A stretch of 64,000 nucleotides of DNA, taken from positions 19,614,534-19,678,533 of the forward strand of contig CM120644.1 of the NCBI GenBank assembly GCA_051362555.1, written 5' to 3'. A model generated the notes under the pieces. The model saw only the letters and a list, made by a program, of their open reading frames with translations. It ran no database searches and had not been told where the DNA came from. The stretch is from Lingula anatina. Its lineage: Eukaryota; Animalia; Brachiopoda. Below are positions 20,868-35,765 of the stretch, in pieces. The stretch's first letter is position 1, and each line of letters starts with the position of its first letter. Made by a program: the position numbers and the translations under genes.

Positions 20868-23800
20868 ATGAATCTACGCGTTTTCTGTGTTTTGATTATG
20901 GTCTACATTTTGAGCGCCGTCATTCACGGGGAGACGTCCTCTCCAGAATATATTTCGCAGATGCAACTCTTGTATCGCACCAACTTACAAATAGAATATG
21001 TAGAGAGGGCAATGAGACGTCATTGTCCGGCACTGATAGTAGAGCTGGGTTCTCTGGGAGTGCCACTTAGCCTCCTTAGGAAAAGAAGAACAGCAATGGA
21101 CCTGGACCAAGTCAGATTGAATGTGGAATTGGCCAAGCACGTGCTGTCAACGCTTAAACTGAAGTATCTGTCCCCGGGGTGTCAGGTAAGTAAAAAAATC
21201 TGGAAACTCCAGCGATTTCATCAGCCTGCGTCTGTCGTTTCCAGTTTCAGAGATATTTGGCAGTCGAACTTTCCGTTTGCACGTAGACGTGTTAATATTA
21301 TTTATGATCAATGCAGCTATGTTTTAACATTCTTAATTAGAATGCTGAAAGAAGAGGTTCACGTTTTACGTTGATAGATCATATTGTCACAACATAATGT
21401 AGTTCGATTAAGGTTAAGTGGCCTGTTAGCCAAAATCAGATTGAAATATTTTATATAAAACTGGCGAAATGGGCATTATTTTATTAAGTTCCTTCTACCG
21501 GTTCATAGAAACTTGGAAGAAACTGAAAATTACATTTCCCTATGCCACTTTGACATGAATGGTTTCCTCAATATCCCTCTCGCGTCATTTAAATTACAAT
21601 GCATGCTTTTAAACGCTTAAAATTGAACAAAACTTTAAAATGTTTGCATGTCGCTGATTTTTCAGAATTCAAGTTGTTTGAATTCAAGTTGTCAAAACGG
21701 GGGTTCATGCATTAAAGGTCCAGGCGATAACGTTTCATGCGCATGCCCGACGGGATATACTGGCGAGAAGTGTGAGATTAGAGCAGCCCCCGTGGCATGT
21801 ACATCAACCTGGTTATCAACTTGTAAAGAGACGTACGGAACTGGCCGCTGTTCGTGAGTTCAAGATATCTCTCTTTCTCTCTCTCTCTCTCTCTCGTGCA
21901 CACGCACTCATACAAACACAAATGCACATTCGCAAACCACTAATTTTTATATCAAAATTTGATATAATACCTTATCAATGTGTATAGTATAAAGGAACCT
22001 TTTCTTGCTTCTTCCCAGATTGGAACCACCTATGTATGCACTGTTTATGTTGAAAATCTCCCACAAAACTGCTTGTTTGGCATACAAATAAATGTCTGTT
22101 TTAACTCTGTGATAATTAAGGCGCAACCCGATTACTTGTTGATACACATACAAGATTGATGAGTCCTGGGAAGGGGGGCATGTGGACGCAAATGAATTGT
22201 TTTCTTTTTTTTTCACTGAAACTGATATTAATGCAGATTGAACGGCCATTCCACGAAAAGGGGTACAATTCCAAAACAAGAAATGCAGTGATATGAACTT
22301 TGCAAAACTGGAAAACTTTTTATATAATTTTGATGAAGAGGCATTCAGAGAGTAGTAGAAGAATTTTAACCCACACCATTACTGTATTTAAAGAAATATG
22401 CACGTGTAAACATGGTACAGTATTTTTTTCGTTACGGAGGTTAGGTAACATCTAAATTAGGTTATATTTCAATCATGCCAAAGGTCACAGGCTCCATATT
22501 TGATTCAATTATTAAGATTTTGTATGTATTCAAAATATTATTGCCCATTTAAGATTTCTCTTCAATTATAGAAAATGCGGTGCAAACACATTGATAATAA
22601 GTGGCTCGTTTTCTATAAATACAAAGCCTGAGATATTCCAATTTAATTATTTTATTAATCATTGGGGACAGACTTTCTTTTTTATCATTCTATTTGTTTA
22701 TGAACAAAGTGCAATCAATCTATTATGATATGAGCATTGATCAATGAGCACACACATATCCAATGTTCAAATGAAAAATGAGTAATTTCGTAACGGAGGT
22801 TAGGTCATTAATAGCGATCATATTTGTTTTGATATTTCTTAGCTTAAAGTAGACTTTAGAGGCTGAATTCGGAATTTGTAGTATTACAGATACGACAAAC
22901 GTTACATAATAACAAAACATTAAACCTACATGTACATGATCGCAGCTATAGGCAGTAAAAAACAACACAATACCCGAGAAAGTTGATGTATACAATCAAG
23001 TAGGCCGACAATAGACACGTGTTTGCGGGTAATTGTCCATTTAAAGTTACTGGAAGCATCTAGAAGATGTTAAAAACTATTATGTGCTACTGAAACAGTA
23101 AAATAGGGCCTAATAACCCCGCAGTTCTACCTGATAAATACAAGCGTTGCTTCAATGCTTAATATCTTTCGCCATATGTCTCCCGCGAAAATAATGTCTG
23201 CTACATGTACGCTAGTACTGATGTCAGCTAGTACCATTTTTCTTGCCAAGACAGTCCTGAAAACTCCTCATTTCGCTTAAAATCAGAATGATAAGTTCAA
23301 AAAGGCATCGTCAAGTGACAAATGGAAATCAATTTGAAAAAACAAATCACGATTTACCCTCGATTTTATAGCAAACTCGAGTAAAAACTTAAATGGTTAG
23401 CTTATCTTGATAGAATTATCAGCTATATATATGTATATTTTATATCTATATTAATACGGGGTAATGTCTTTAACAGCAAGCCGTATGAATGCATACTACA
23501 TCAGAACATAGAAGTAGAACTACTTCTATGATCAGAACTAACTCACAAAACCACAGAAATAACGTTTTAAAGTATTTAAAACAGTCATTTTTATAACAAT
23601 TAACTTATTTCGGTAACGGAGGTTAGCATAACGGATGCAAGGTGACACGCACTCTTTTTCAGTTTTTATCCTCGGGATAACTTTGCATAACTATTGAATG
23701 AATTTTTTAGGAAGAAGTTGGTCCTTGCTTAACAAAAATGATGTTTTTAACTTTCTAAAACAACATTTTCTTCAAATTTGGTCCGTTACTGAGGTTAGGC

Positions 23801-25789
23801 TCTTAAATGCGACACCCTGACTTTTGTGAGTTAACATTCTCTATGATGGAACGCATCCTTCAAAATTAACAAATAGCACTGTTTTATTAAACTTCATGTA
23901 TTAAGAGTTTGAAAAATGCACAGGAAGGCCATTTAAGAGCATTTTCTTTTATTCTTACACTGAGTTAAAAAAGCGTTACGGAGGTTAGGGGTTACTGAGC
24001 GACATTGATTAAACTATCACAGTGACGTAACTAACCAACAAATTCGACAGAGAACACTATGTATGATAAAAAGAAACATGAATTCAAATTAGTTGAGGAC
24101 TAAAAACACTAAAATACGGGAAAATATAAACTTTTTCTTGTGGCAAATCAGCTATAATACCGAAGCGACACGTCGAAATCGTGCTTTTTGCGGCATATAG
24201 ACCCCCGGGGTTCCCCTCAAAGCAAGTGGTACTATATCAATTGTTGTTTTTTAAGTAGAACACATCGGGTCCTGCTAAAAAAGGCTAAAAAAAGCTAAAT
24301 TGCAGATGCTTTTACTACTGAAAATAAGCTGCGACAGGTATTATTCAGAATTGTACCCTTTTTCGTGGAATGGCTGTGAAGAAGAGACGCGTATGCAGTT
24401 TGTCTCAGGGTCTAGTGGTGTAAATGTCAGTATTTTGTTCCATTGTGGGGGCAGCTGCATGTGAACAATGTCTGCAGCAGAAATCTATTCTTAGAATTAG
24501 AAATTAATCCGTCTTTTGCGTTTGGGTTTCATTTGAACACGCTTTACACATGTACATTTAGTTTTGGGCAACACTCAGTCACTGGGCAACTCACCACATT
24601 GAACGCATTTGTCAGAGATTGATCGAAGGCATTAGAAAACAGATGCACATTAATGACAGACATAAAGAAGATAAATGTAATACTGACGAAGGACCTGTAA
24701 TTGAACGATCCAATTTTAAGGTTGGTACCACCCCCAACAAGAAAGATTGCCATGGAGCCTGGTCACGTGGTAACCCACGTGACATGTCAAGAACCTTTGT
24801 GATATCACGCAACTTCTTGTGAACGTACGTGAACAGTCACTCTCTTATTTATGACTTTATCTATTATTTCAGTTTCATCTGTCCGATCGGCTGCATTAAT
24901 TCAGGCACCGTATGGGGGACAGGGAGTTATACAGGGGTAAGTTATGGTTTGAAAAAAAGGGTGGAAAAGGAATATTTCTGTCTTCACATGCAGTCATTAT
25001 ATATTATCCTCAGGTGTTATGTAACACTTGTATTGTCATTAAAACGGATGGATATTCCACATTTTTATACAATTTACGCACAAGTCCACGTTTTAGTTAT
25101 AAGTTATAACAATAAAAAACTAAAACAGTTCGCACAGAATTATCAACGCCTTAGTTTATCAACACTATCTGAAATAAAACAGTCAGTAAAACATTATAGG
25201 GTAATAAATAAATCTCCACTCATTTATTTATTTATTCATTTATTTATTTATTTATATTGTCCTATGTTGGCAGGACTCCAGATTGTGCCGAGCTGCCATT
25301 CATGACGGCCGTATACCAGCAGCGGGTGGAGTGGCCACAGTGATAGGTCTAGGACCGTTACAGTCCTTCAGAGGAACAACACAGAACGGGGTGACGACAG
25401 CCAGGTAGGAACCTATCATCAGTACAATTATGCTAGTGCTGCTTGTTTATACTGTACATGCATTTTTTATTTTACGTGGGGGTGCATGTTTTGAGTTTTT
25501 GATGAATTAGAAGCGTTTATGTATGGGAGTTTTTGGAAGAGGTTCGTTAGTGTTGCGATGTGGTGTTAAGTAAGGTATAAATAGAATATATTTTCAATAT
25601 TATTTAATCCAGTATTTGTATGACGCATTTTATGAAATGTAGTAGAAAAAATAAAGAGTTAATCATTGCGTTGTTAATAAATAGGAATCTAAGAAGATAT
25701 TTTTGTTTGTTTTTTAATGTTTTAATTTTAAATGGATTGCTTTCTTTTTCAGCTACGGTAGCTATGGAACTTCCTTCCGTTTCGTCTAA
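20868..25789 (+). CDS. Secreted EGF + LCCL domain protein, 5 exons (20868-21185, 21666-21853, 24873-24936, 25274-25404, 25753-25789), 245 aa
   Basis: All introns GT-AG with consistent phases (0,2,0,2). Signal peptide MNLRVFCVLIMVYILSAVIHG; EGF CQNGGSC...CACPTGYTGEKC; LCCL CPIGC..GTVWGTGSYTGDSRLCRAAIHDG...TQNGVTTASYGSYGTSFRFV*; AATAAA at 26025. Confidence 0.9.
22241..24378. mobile_element. Non-autonomous DNA transposon in intron 2 (CAC-type terminus, superfamily uncertain)
   Basis: ~30-bp TIRs ACGGCCATTCCACGAAAAGGGGTACAATTC / GAATTGTACCCTTTTTCGTGGAATGGCTGTG; internal GTTACGGAGGTTAG-like motif about 5 times; no clear TSD. Confidence 0.7.
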
Positions 25790-26199
25790 ATAACAAGAAA
25801 GCATCAGACAATGAGACTTGTAATACCCAAGAATCTCCTTTAATAGTCTGCATTATTCCATGTTTGATGACGTGACGTCAGTTCTAGGCGATCGATTATG
25901 ACGTCACAATGAATTATCCCTGCATTACTACCGCCATTAGCACTAACGGACTGCACATGCCACGCTTGTCTCAGCTTTGATTCTCTCTCAGTTTAGAATT
26001 CTCATGTTTTGTTATCATATTCAGAATAAATGCATGCAGCTTGTAAAAAGGAGTATGTTTTTTATGGCTTTGGCAAAGTCAGATATGATGTTTTATTCAA
26101 CACTTTTTATTTCAACTTCTTCTTATTATTATCAAATTTGCAAGCCGAAGGTTGGATAAATACATTCTTTGCATCATACATGTAGTTGAATAAAATCAC

Positions 26200-26700
26200 T
26201 AGTGAATAAGAACAGAGGAATATTAAAAGACATGTTGACAAGTTTAAAATAAAATAACTAAAATGCAAGGTTAAAAATGAGATAAAAGTCTATCAGTCAA
26301 TTTTGGAACTTGTATATCGCACTGGTTAAAAAGTCACTTATTGATCGTTTTGTTTTAATTTTAGATCTTTTGAATGTCTCCGGTTCCCTTAATGAATATT
26401 TGACATTTTGTTTTGGTTGTAAAAGATAATGCAATCTTTGATTCGATTCACTTGATATCCTAATAAACATTTTTTTGCATTCATTAACTACACGTATGTT
26501 CACAAGCAGCGTCATATTCAAGATGAGGATAATTTTAAGAGCTCTTTCTTCAGATTTTTCTACTAGGGCAGTCAATTCATTTGTTAACCCAAAGTGCCAG
26601 ACAGGAGAAGCATATTCTAAAACTGGTCTTATGACCGAATGTAATAAATCATCAGTTTTGAGGCCTGCACGCTTCAGGTGTTGTAGAAAATAAATCAAGA
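26200..26700 (-). mobile_element. 5'-truncated non-LTR retrotransposon fragment (CR1/L2-group RT C-terminus)
   Basis: LKRAG...SVIRPVLEYASPVWH..LT...RAL.II motif. Confidence 0.8.
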
Positions 26701-27107
26701 TGGTTATTATTTATTACAAAACATTTTACATGAGATGTACAGCAGACTTTCATGCAGGTATTTTACTATTTATTCATAAAAGAAAATGACCTCAGTTATA
26801 GATTAGCTAAGTGATCATCATCGCGAATAATACAATGTAGCATTAACATTGTATCAAACGACTCCCTTCCCACCACGAACATTGTACCTGTAATTTTATC
26901 CCTGCGTTAGCTTGTGCACCAATCTTTTTTTTCTTTTCTTTTTACTTCAGTACCAAATTCATATTAAAACGATGATGCTAACCATCTTGTAAAATATTAA
27001 TTATCTCCAGTACTTATCTAAGTTGTGTAAAAGAGAAACCATGTTGGACGTATTCATACATTGCATAGTTTCCTGGTCAATTGCCCCTGGCCAAATGTAA
27101 GAACTGT

Positions 27108-27405
27108 AAGTGGCGGATTTAGAGGGGGTCAGGGGAGTCATGACCCCCACCCCTCTTCGGTTTCTGAAAATTTTATCGCCAATATTCCCCTCTTGAAATT
27201 AGAATTTTGACCAGCTAAATCATAATTCTAAATCGTAGGCCTACTAAAGGTCACTGTTTGCTCTCCAAAACACCATTTTTAGTCGGGTCCGTTGAGCAGA
27301 CCCCAAACCCCACACCAAGAGGGCGATGGTCTGCTTCGCGTCCGAGTCCTGTCGTTCCGGACCCCCCCCCCCCCGCCCCTTCTAATAATCCTGGATCTGC
27401 CCCTG
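27108..27405. mobile_element. MITE-like element with GGCGGAT/GATCTGCCCCTG ends
   Basis: AGTGGCGGATTTAG...CCTGGATCTGCCCCTG with G/C-run subtermini. Confidence 0.55.
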
Positions 27406-29129
27406 TCCTCGCCCCTTCATCTCACCCCAGCAGCTGAAGTCGCAAACACAACGGCACTGTGAGGACGTTTGGAACTATTCTATCCACGCTTTACTGAAGT
27501 GAAATAAACTAACAAAATATTTACAAGAGCGAAGTAGCGGTTTGTTTGTTAAATAGGAATGGACGACGCACATGAAAATGTCTAGAGCTTTGTATTTTAT
27601 TTATTTATTTATTTATTTATTGCAGAAAGTAGAATTTTACAGTAAAGGAATCTGTCGATATTCCACACATAATGCAAAAACATTTATTCTTCCTTCTTCC
27701 ACGCACATACCGGGGTACATAGTTGTACTAATTATTTTGAAATGACCCATGCGCTACCTCCAGAAATGTCATATTCCTTTACTTGAATCTGTTTTTAAAT
27801 TGGTTTCTTTTGCTAAATTCTTCTTTTCACAAAATAGTTTGTAATCTAGAGTGTTGTATTAGACACGCTAAAGGGGCCAGAAAGAGAACTAGTTTTGGAA
27901 ACATGTTGTATATTTTCTCTTGAACTATTTTGCAAGTTTATTACCATTCTTACTTCAGATTTTAGCGCTCTCTTTCGGCGTACGCACTGTTTCACAGCGA
28001 GAGAAATCATAGTGCGCGATGATTGACGTTTGTTTATATAACCTGTCAATCAAGCTGTTATTACTTGACAGCAACTATCAAAACTAACTGAATTTGATTG
28101 GCACCTTGTCAATCAAAGGATATTGAATTTTTACATGTTCGGAGAGAAGAGTGTAGTAATTGTGTTAAACGTTTGTTTAAAAAAAACTTACATTCATAGT
28201 CGTGTGCGCTTGACCGCTTCCATCAAAGTTGAATTAGCCTGTTCGAATTTGATCGATATAATACCTGTCTATAACAATACATGTCGTAACATTCTGGAGG
28301 TAGGGGGCATTTTATTTTCTGTTTTTGCAGCGCGTTAAAAAACGTCGAGTTCTTTTATTTCAACCGAGAGACATGAAATTTAACAACGTGAAAGAGTTCC
28401 GGGTTCTTTCACAGGCGTTTTTAATTGTACTAAAAGTCAGTTGTCATTCTCTTTCTGGATATGATGTAACATGAATAACGTTGATGTCGATGTTTGTTGC
28501 TCCATAATCCCTTCTTTGGTGCTCGTTCGAAATCGGAACTTCGTATACGAACTGAACATATTACTTTAATCATACTCATATTCTTTTACACCCAATGAAT
28601 ATTTTTAGATCATTTTTTAAAAACGAATGGTAGTAAAAGTAAAACCTTGTCATTTTTTATGAGCTACGGAGAGAAAAAATGCCGAGATAATGATGTTAGT
28701 GGCCAGGTAAAATTAAGAACTACCGGTTTTGTTCGTTCCTTATAAAGGGCCGGGGCAATAAGTAGCCCGTCGCTGTATATATTGAAAGGAGCGTGCGTGA
28801 AAACTGTTGTTTTAAAATAAACTTCACAATTAAAACTGCCAAATTAAAATTGAAAACAAGTTTATGCATAGCGTTAACAATCTTTCGAGCTTTAATCTGC
28901 GATATATTGTTAGTACTTCATAAGTATAAAAACTCCGGATTTCTATAACGTGTGAAAATTAATAAACTAATAGTGGAATAAGTCGGGCTGGTTTGATCAA
29001 AGAATTGAAATTTTTGGTTGAATTTATTGAAGTTGTTCGTTCAATATTTTATACTGTACGCTATTTCATCAGATTGGTAAAAACTTATCTTTTCTTTATA
29101 CATGAAATGGTTGCTACGCCCTAAAAGAG

Positions 29130-30580
29130 TTAAAGGGTTTGCTTCATGCCGTCAGAATGGCCTGAACGGAACATATTCTTCAGAAAACATGCCCAACTAA
29201 CGATATCTAAATCCAAATACACAAATTAAAAGCTCATTTTGTAAATTTTTAGCTTTAAAAAACGTCCTATTTGCTCGGCCTGGAAGTTAATGAGCCACGT
29301 GGTCACGTGGTCCAATGACGACAATCGAGCCACTGGAGAACAGAGCGTGCTTAGCTGTCAAACTGAGCTGCATTGTCTACCTGTAAGATGACTTCTCTGG
29401 CTTCTGATAAAAGTTTATACTCATTCAAATCTCTTACCCGAGGGGTCTAAATCCTCGTGAAGCTGTGTAAAACCATTTCCCGTCTAGTCATTTCTTTAAC
29501 AAGCATTTCATTATGGTTATCCCAAGTTGTATAAAACACTGCATTTGAATGAGTTGATTATTGCATATGAGGTCCATGTTATTTGTGAAATTTAATTTAT
29601 TTTATTAAACCGCTGACACTCCGTCTTGCATACTTTTATTAAACTGAGGTAAACAATGCCCGTTACCTTGACAAGTCCTATCTTAATCATCCATCTAACT
29701 GGAACTTCCTTTACCTCTTAATTAGAGGGTTAAATGGCATTCAATTTGTCTTGCTTGTATCGAACGCACTCTCTATCTAAGCTTTACTCCAGTTATCTCA
29801 GGTAAAAATCTACCTGTGCGTTAGTTACAAAGCGCAGCTCCCGTAGACCTGGGGGTACTAGATAAAATCTGAACACCAGGTTTATCGAGGAGCTAGAGAA
29901 AGAAAGGAAGAATTTTTCCTGCACAACTTCATAGGAATTTTAACACGGACTTGATCCAGCTTAGATCTCCAAACTAACAGGGTGACATGGGCAATTTTCA
30001 CAAACAAATCATAAAACTATATTTCAGTTAACCGCCTTTAAAATAAATATACCGTTCTGGGTAAATTAAAATAGTTATTAAATCGCAAGAATATTTTTGA
30101 CTTAAATGATGATTTTATTATTAATGGAAATTAAGCTACTATATGAGGTACATTTGCTGTGATTACGCTGTCGTTCATGTTTTGCGTAAGTCTACATTTT
30201 GCTGTATGTGCTTGTAATCTTTTTAAATATGTGCGTACAATTTTTGCAGGTCTGGTTACCCCCCTGTTATGTGATGAAAGTATTAATTTGGCAATTAGTT
30301 CCTTAGCTTATTTGAATAGAATTGCAGTGTAAAATTTTCAACAAGATGTTGGCGAAATAGCCCATTACTCTTTGTAGGTATTTCCCCCGTCAAAGTTTGT
30401 CTAAAATTATCTTTCAATCTTTATTCTTTCAAAGACAGTATAAAGTTACCTGACATATTTTCGTGTAAACTTAATGACAAGCCAAGTGTCTCCAGTTCAT
30501 TCCGTACTCAATTTTACCCAAGCAAATTTTTTTCTTGAGTAGATCTTTATAGCACGGTGTTATAAGCTTACCAATTTGCG

Positions 30581-30612
<32 letters not shown>

Positions 30613-31610
30613 CGTACTGACGCAGAATTTGCGTTTCAAGTTATAAAATGATCAATCTTTTAAATTATTTAATATTTCAGATGAAATAATCTTCAGAAAC
30701 AAATCCTCAAAGCATAAACTAATTAGGATAACGAACCATTTTATTATAGCAGTTCCCATTTTTTCTTTAATATAACGCTCTTTTTCCTGTTTTTCCTCAA
30801 CACGTTTTCTTCCACGGAAGCTTCAAGATACCCTGAGAGCAATTTCTTTTATTAATGTTCGCGACCGTGTTTGAACTTAATTGTTTAAGTATTGATATTT
30901 AACGTCATTTACAAATACCAATAAGATAACCCCATGAAATAAATGAGATATATTGAAAAATATGAAAGCCCACCAAGACGAGTTTCATACCTGTTATTAC
31001 CTGGCTTGGGAATTGCAGAGGTGCATAATTAACAGGTTTGTTGTAAACGAGCTTTTGGTCAACTACAATGCATTTGAAATGCATCAGCAATCAGTAAGTT
31101 TGCCAACTGATGACAGTTAATCTGAAAGACTACCAGCTCTTGATATGATCTAAACCACCTGAGGTGATCATGATCTAGAGCATCGCAACTATTGTCACCG
31201 AAGTTAGTAAGTAAGTCACGGAAGACCGTCACAGACAAAGAAAGATTGTCAACGAGAGCTGCAATTTTGCTGAATCCCACGGCAACACACCGAGGCATAA
31301 CGAAAATTCCTCAACTCCGTTCAACACAACTTTCCTTAACTTCTCCGTCTGTACAGTATGCACCATGCAGCTCAGTTGAGTCTCATAGACCTTTATCGTG
31401 ATTGTCGTCACAGTACCACGTGACCCAGATCTGTTGCTTCATTTTTGCATATTGAGGTGAGGTTTACTAAAACGCTTTTTTTTCTACTAATAGATTGTTT
31501 TTATAATTTTTAAATGGCGGGGATCGATTAAAACATACCTCTAGTGTATAGATTGAGTGCTGTATCTTCAAAATTCGAGAAATGGATTTTTACATGAACA
31601 TTGTCCTTTA
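29130..31610 (-). mobile_element. Possible decayed Kolobok-like element with a THAP start remnant
   Basis: MPRCVAVGFS at 31298 (-) resembles a THAP N-terminus; TTAA-AGG ends with weak TIR similarity. Boundaries tentative. Confidence 0.3.
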
Positions 31611-34600
31611 ATATTTCATCGAATATTTACTTGAAACATACTTTTTTATCTAATTAATTTTGTTCTATTTTTAAGTAAAAACAAAATTAATTCAGCATCA
31701 ACAACAGCGTCTTTGTTTTGCCTCATCTAGCACATTCTATGATTTTTTTTTTTTTTTGTCCGAAGACGCATATTATAATGTAATAGTGACATTCCTCTCT
31801 TTTAGTACGTAAACAAAAAAAAACTGCACTCAAAAAATTGTCTGCGAGGCAACTTCATATCTTGGTTTTCTTTGTCCCAAATTTGCCCTTAGAAATACCC
31901 ACAGATACTGAGCTTACTAAAGTTCCGATTTAAGGGCCATTCACAAGTAAACTCAGTACCGAAATAACGTTATTTTTCTCTATAAATTGAACACCATTTC
32001 AACGGGCACCCGTCTCCATGGTGTACATTACCAATGTAATCTATATACGGAAATGGTCACGGGACAACTAAAATGGAACCTGCGCTGCTGCTCGTTTTAA
32101 ATAAAATGTTTGTCAAATTAACATGATATTTTAAGCTTTTATTTTCTAAAAAATTCAGTTTCAATGGGATATAATTCCAACACGGCACAGTTATGTATAT
32201 TTAACATTTCATATCACAGCTGTTGTGGAAAAAATTCAGAAAATTTTTCATGTTTTTGCCACTATGATTTCAGCACCTCCCCAGGATGGGGGGCATGATT
32301 GCTCGGTATTATACAACAAATTCTAAAGTTGAAATCGAGGCTTCTGTACGGAAGGTGGCCAAGCATATATTATTATGTAATCTAGGTGAGTATTTTGGTG
32401 AGATGTGTTCAGAAAGGACCGAGGTCAGTAAAAGATGGAGAAGAAAGCCTTGTGTCTCATGCCACAATTTTCACGAAATGGTCGGAAATCTGGGACTGAA
32501 ATTGCCATCGATCTGTTGTAAGTACTGTATAGATGGTGGAAGATAACATTGGTTATTTGGCGTTGATGATATTAAGCAAAAATTGGTGTAATTTGCAAAT
32601 AAGGCATCATGTCGACATTTTGTCTTGACGCCAACAATATTTTTCATGAAAAGTCCAAATTCAACTTGACGTTTAAATAGCTAATTATCGGTTCTTATTT
32701 TCAGATGGAATGCATTTGCCAGAAAACGGGTGGTGAGAGATTTGCTCCAGCAGTGAACGCGTCTTACGTCTTAAACAAAGTAAGGACATCTTGGCAGGTA
32801 ACTTCATTCTCAGGTCCTACCCCGGTAATTTGTTTTTTAAAAATTTCAAAACCCACCTCAGCAAATTCCTACCCGCCAATGTGCACATGTCGTGACTATG
32901 TTGTTCTACTTTCTAAGATCTCATAAATGTTGTTTTTACTACCCTCCTGTCATATATTTATTTCTAAAATTTCACTTTATACGTAATCCGAGGGTCACTA
33001 TCTTTTTAGTAGCACCACTGACGTGTGGTTCTAAAGACACAGAATGTTGTCACGTTACAGTGTGTACACGGTGTAAAAGAATAGAAATTATATTGTTTGA
33101 AAGTGCATGATAACATAGAACGTGTCAGCTCAGTATATATACAGTATATTCCACTAATTTAAAAGTTGAAAAGTGGTTTGTTGAATATTACTATAAGAAT
33201 CGAAATCGGTTGCCGTAAAATTAAAACTTGCTTTATTTAATCAACCCTTAGACATTGATTTGTAAAGGTGGTTTTTGTTTAATTTCAGTGACTCAACCGT
33301 GCACGAGAAGATTGAATACGCTCTCCATCATTGACGTCAGACTCGTGTTCCACAGCGGCTGCATCCATGTCAAGATTACATGTCGCATGTCAGAGTCTGT
33401 CCGCTAGTAAATTTGCAGGGTTGAAACTTAATATAAAGTGTAATGTTTACTTTGGGTTGTGAATCGACTGTAGTTGTTTTAAAACTATCACAAAGTAGTG
33501 TTCAGGAAGAGTACTTTGCTACACGTACATGTAGTAGTGTTTTTTTTCCATGTAATGTAGGTGTGGCAACATAAACAACAATGCACATGTAGAACGACCG
33601 GTTTTCTTTTTGATTGTAACATATTTGTAGGACAAATCTGCAATTTGGCTCTTCTCCGTGAACAATTATTTATTCAAAATTGAATTGTAGTATTTATTTT
33701 GGTGATGTTTAGTTTTGGAAAGAAAGAAAATATTCCAACCGTGTAAAATGCATTTATGGAAGTCTTTGGAAGTTATTGTTATATTGTTATATTGTCAAGT
33801 CGTCAAGTTATATTGTCAAGTACGCGCCATATTTGATCCACGGACTAGATAGACGGTGGTTCAACTGGTTGTGAACTCGGTCTAATGCTTTAGAAAGCGT
33901 CTGGAAGTTGCAGTGTGTGTTCAGTTGTTCTTCGGAAGAAAAAAAAGCGAGATGTGCATCCCCCGAAAATCAATAATTCGCTGTAATTTAAATAATTATG
34001 TTTCAGAAATTGCAGCATTATCAAACTGGCAGAATGTGTCATTAGTATTGCAGAACTGTCCACACGTATTGAAACGATCTTTCTTAAGTTTGAATGTGCG
34101 ATTTGACGCATGTCAAATAAACTTTGTGTTTCAATAAGGGGAGGGGTCAAAAGTCACCCTGGTTTTAGAAAAGAAACCAAGGAGTTGAAATTTCCCGAAA
34201 TTAATATGCATTTGTTATTGCACGAGTGGTAGGTTACAAAGAAAAATCGTTGTGTTACAGAAAATATTTTATTTCAGAATATTTTCTACATTAAGGGGTC
34301 TATATAGGACTGACATTCATCAAAAACTTTCACATTCTTAATTTTCGACAAATTCTTGACAAAGTCAAATCAATCATTTTAGCTGTCACAAAGCCGATTT
34401 TTTAGAATAATGAGTACTCGATGAAGTTTTTAAGACTGTTAATTTCTGTCAATACTCCCAAAATAGAATGTGATGCAATTTAAAGCGAAATTTATAGCAA
34501 GGGATGAAAAACTAAAGAAACATTTTCGTAAATTTACTTAGATTTTGGCTAGCAGTTATTAAGCCTATTGTTTGAAAATTCTTTTTAAAATATCCAAAAG

Positions 34601-35693
34601 TGTTTAGATCAGCGCTCTGTTAAAGGTTGGCATTGTACTTAGTATTTTTGTAGTTTATTCTTTGGTAGAGATCAAAGGGTGATTAATGAAGAACTTCTTA
34701 TATGTCAGTCCTGCATGTCCTGTATAATGCCGAATGTCGCTAGATCACTTAATACCGGAGACCAGTCTTAAGTTTATTAGCATTGTCTTAGTAAGTGTGG
34801 ATTTCAAGTAAACTAATATTTCGTATTCTTTCCCGTTTTCTTTGAAATGGCTATGGTTGAAATAAGCTTGTAAGTTGGTCATGTCAAATGACGTTTCTGA
34901 TTCGCATGCTGTATAAAATTCAGTTTTCGCTCAAAGTTGTGCCATGAAGTACATATTTTAGGAATTAAGAAAATACGTTGATTTTGGACATGACAATATT
35001 TATCGATGAACTAAACAACCAGGAATCTTACATAATTTGATTATATTTGAACACCAATTTTTGTTTTATGTGCGAGTATCAGCAAGACGACATAGTGCTT
35101 GCATGTGGGTACATGTGTCGGGATAGGATGAGGTTATATGCATATTGAATTTTCTATATCGATCACACCAGTGAATTTAGACAGACGTTATTATTATTTT
35201 TTTGTAATCTTTTGGTTAATTTTCCAGTTTGCCTGTAAATTTTGACAAAAACCTATAAATTCTACCTTCTTGTTGGTATTATGTCTATCATAGTATTCCT
35301 GAACTTCTTTATAAATAAAGGCTACGTCGGTCAAGTAAAAATTTTCCAATATGCATAGAATCTCGCCGTGTTGTACACTAGTTAGCTACAGAACCATTTT
35401 TGTATGTAAAAGCTTAATTTACATGTCACAGTACGTTTTATGAAATTGCCATTAATGTAGAAGCAAAAGATATTCCAAGTTTTGTAATATTTTTGAAAAC
35501 AATGCTGTTACTTTTTGTATAAATTTATGCGATAATAAATGTGCTATATTGTTTTATGAGCAAAACAGTAGTTATTTTCCTTAACTACAGAACCACCGAC
35601 TCCTTGCTATTCTGTGTTCGTAGCACTGTTTTGTAGTAGTTGAAATTGTTTATTTTGGTTTATTTTTGCAAAAGGTAATTTGCTTGGACCCAG

Positions 35694-35765
35694 CAGCGCC
35701 AGGAATCGAACCTGTAACCTTCTGTCTGAGAGGCAAGCGCGTTACCTACTCCTCTAAGTGTTCCC
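35694..35765 (-). mobile_element. tRNA-derived SINE head or tRNA pseudogene
   Basis: Minus strand has a B box GGTTCGATTCC and an A-box-like TAGAGGAGTAGG at tRNA spacing; acceptor and anticodon stems are imperfect. Confidence 0.6.

Noticed and set aside
20814-21374. Single-exon 186-aa ORF
   Set aside because: Runs through the exon-1 donor (CAG|GTAAG at 21185) into intron; the spliced model explains it better.
32330-33400. Exon-like segments faintly resembling Kolobok KolX/P2X7 C-terminal domain
   Set aside because: Could not assemble a consistent frame; similarity too weak by eye.
27847-35600. Academ-like TAG termini at 27847 and ~33850
   Set aside because: No convincing matching opposite TIR or TSD found.
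35694-35765. Functional tRNA gene
   Set aside because: Acceptor and anticodon stems do not pair properly; better explained as SINE-derived.
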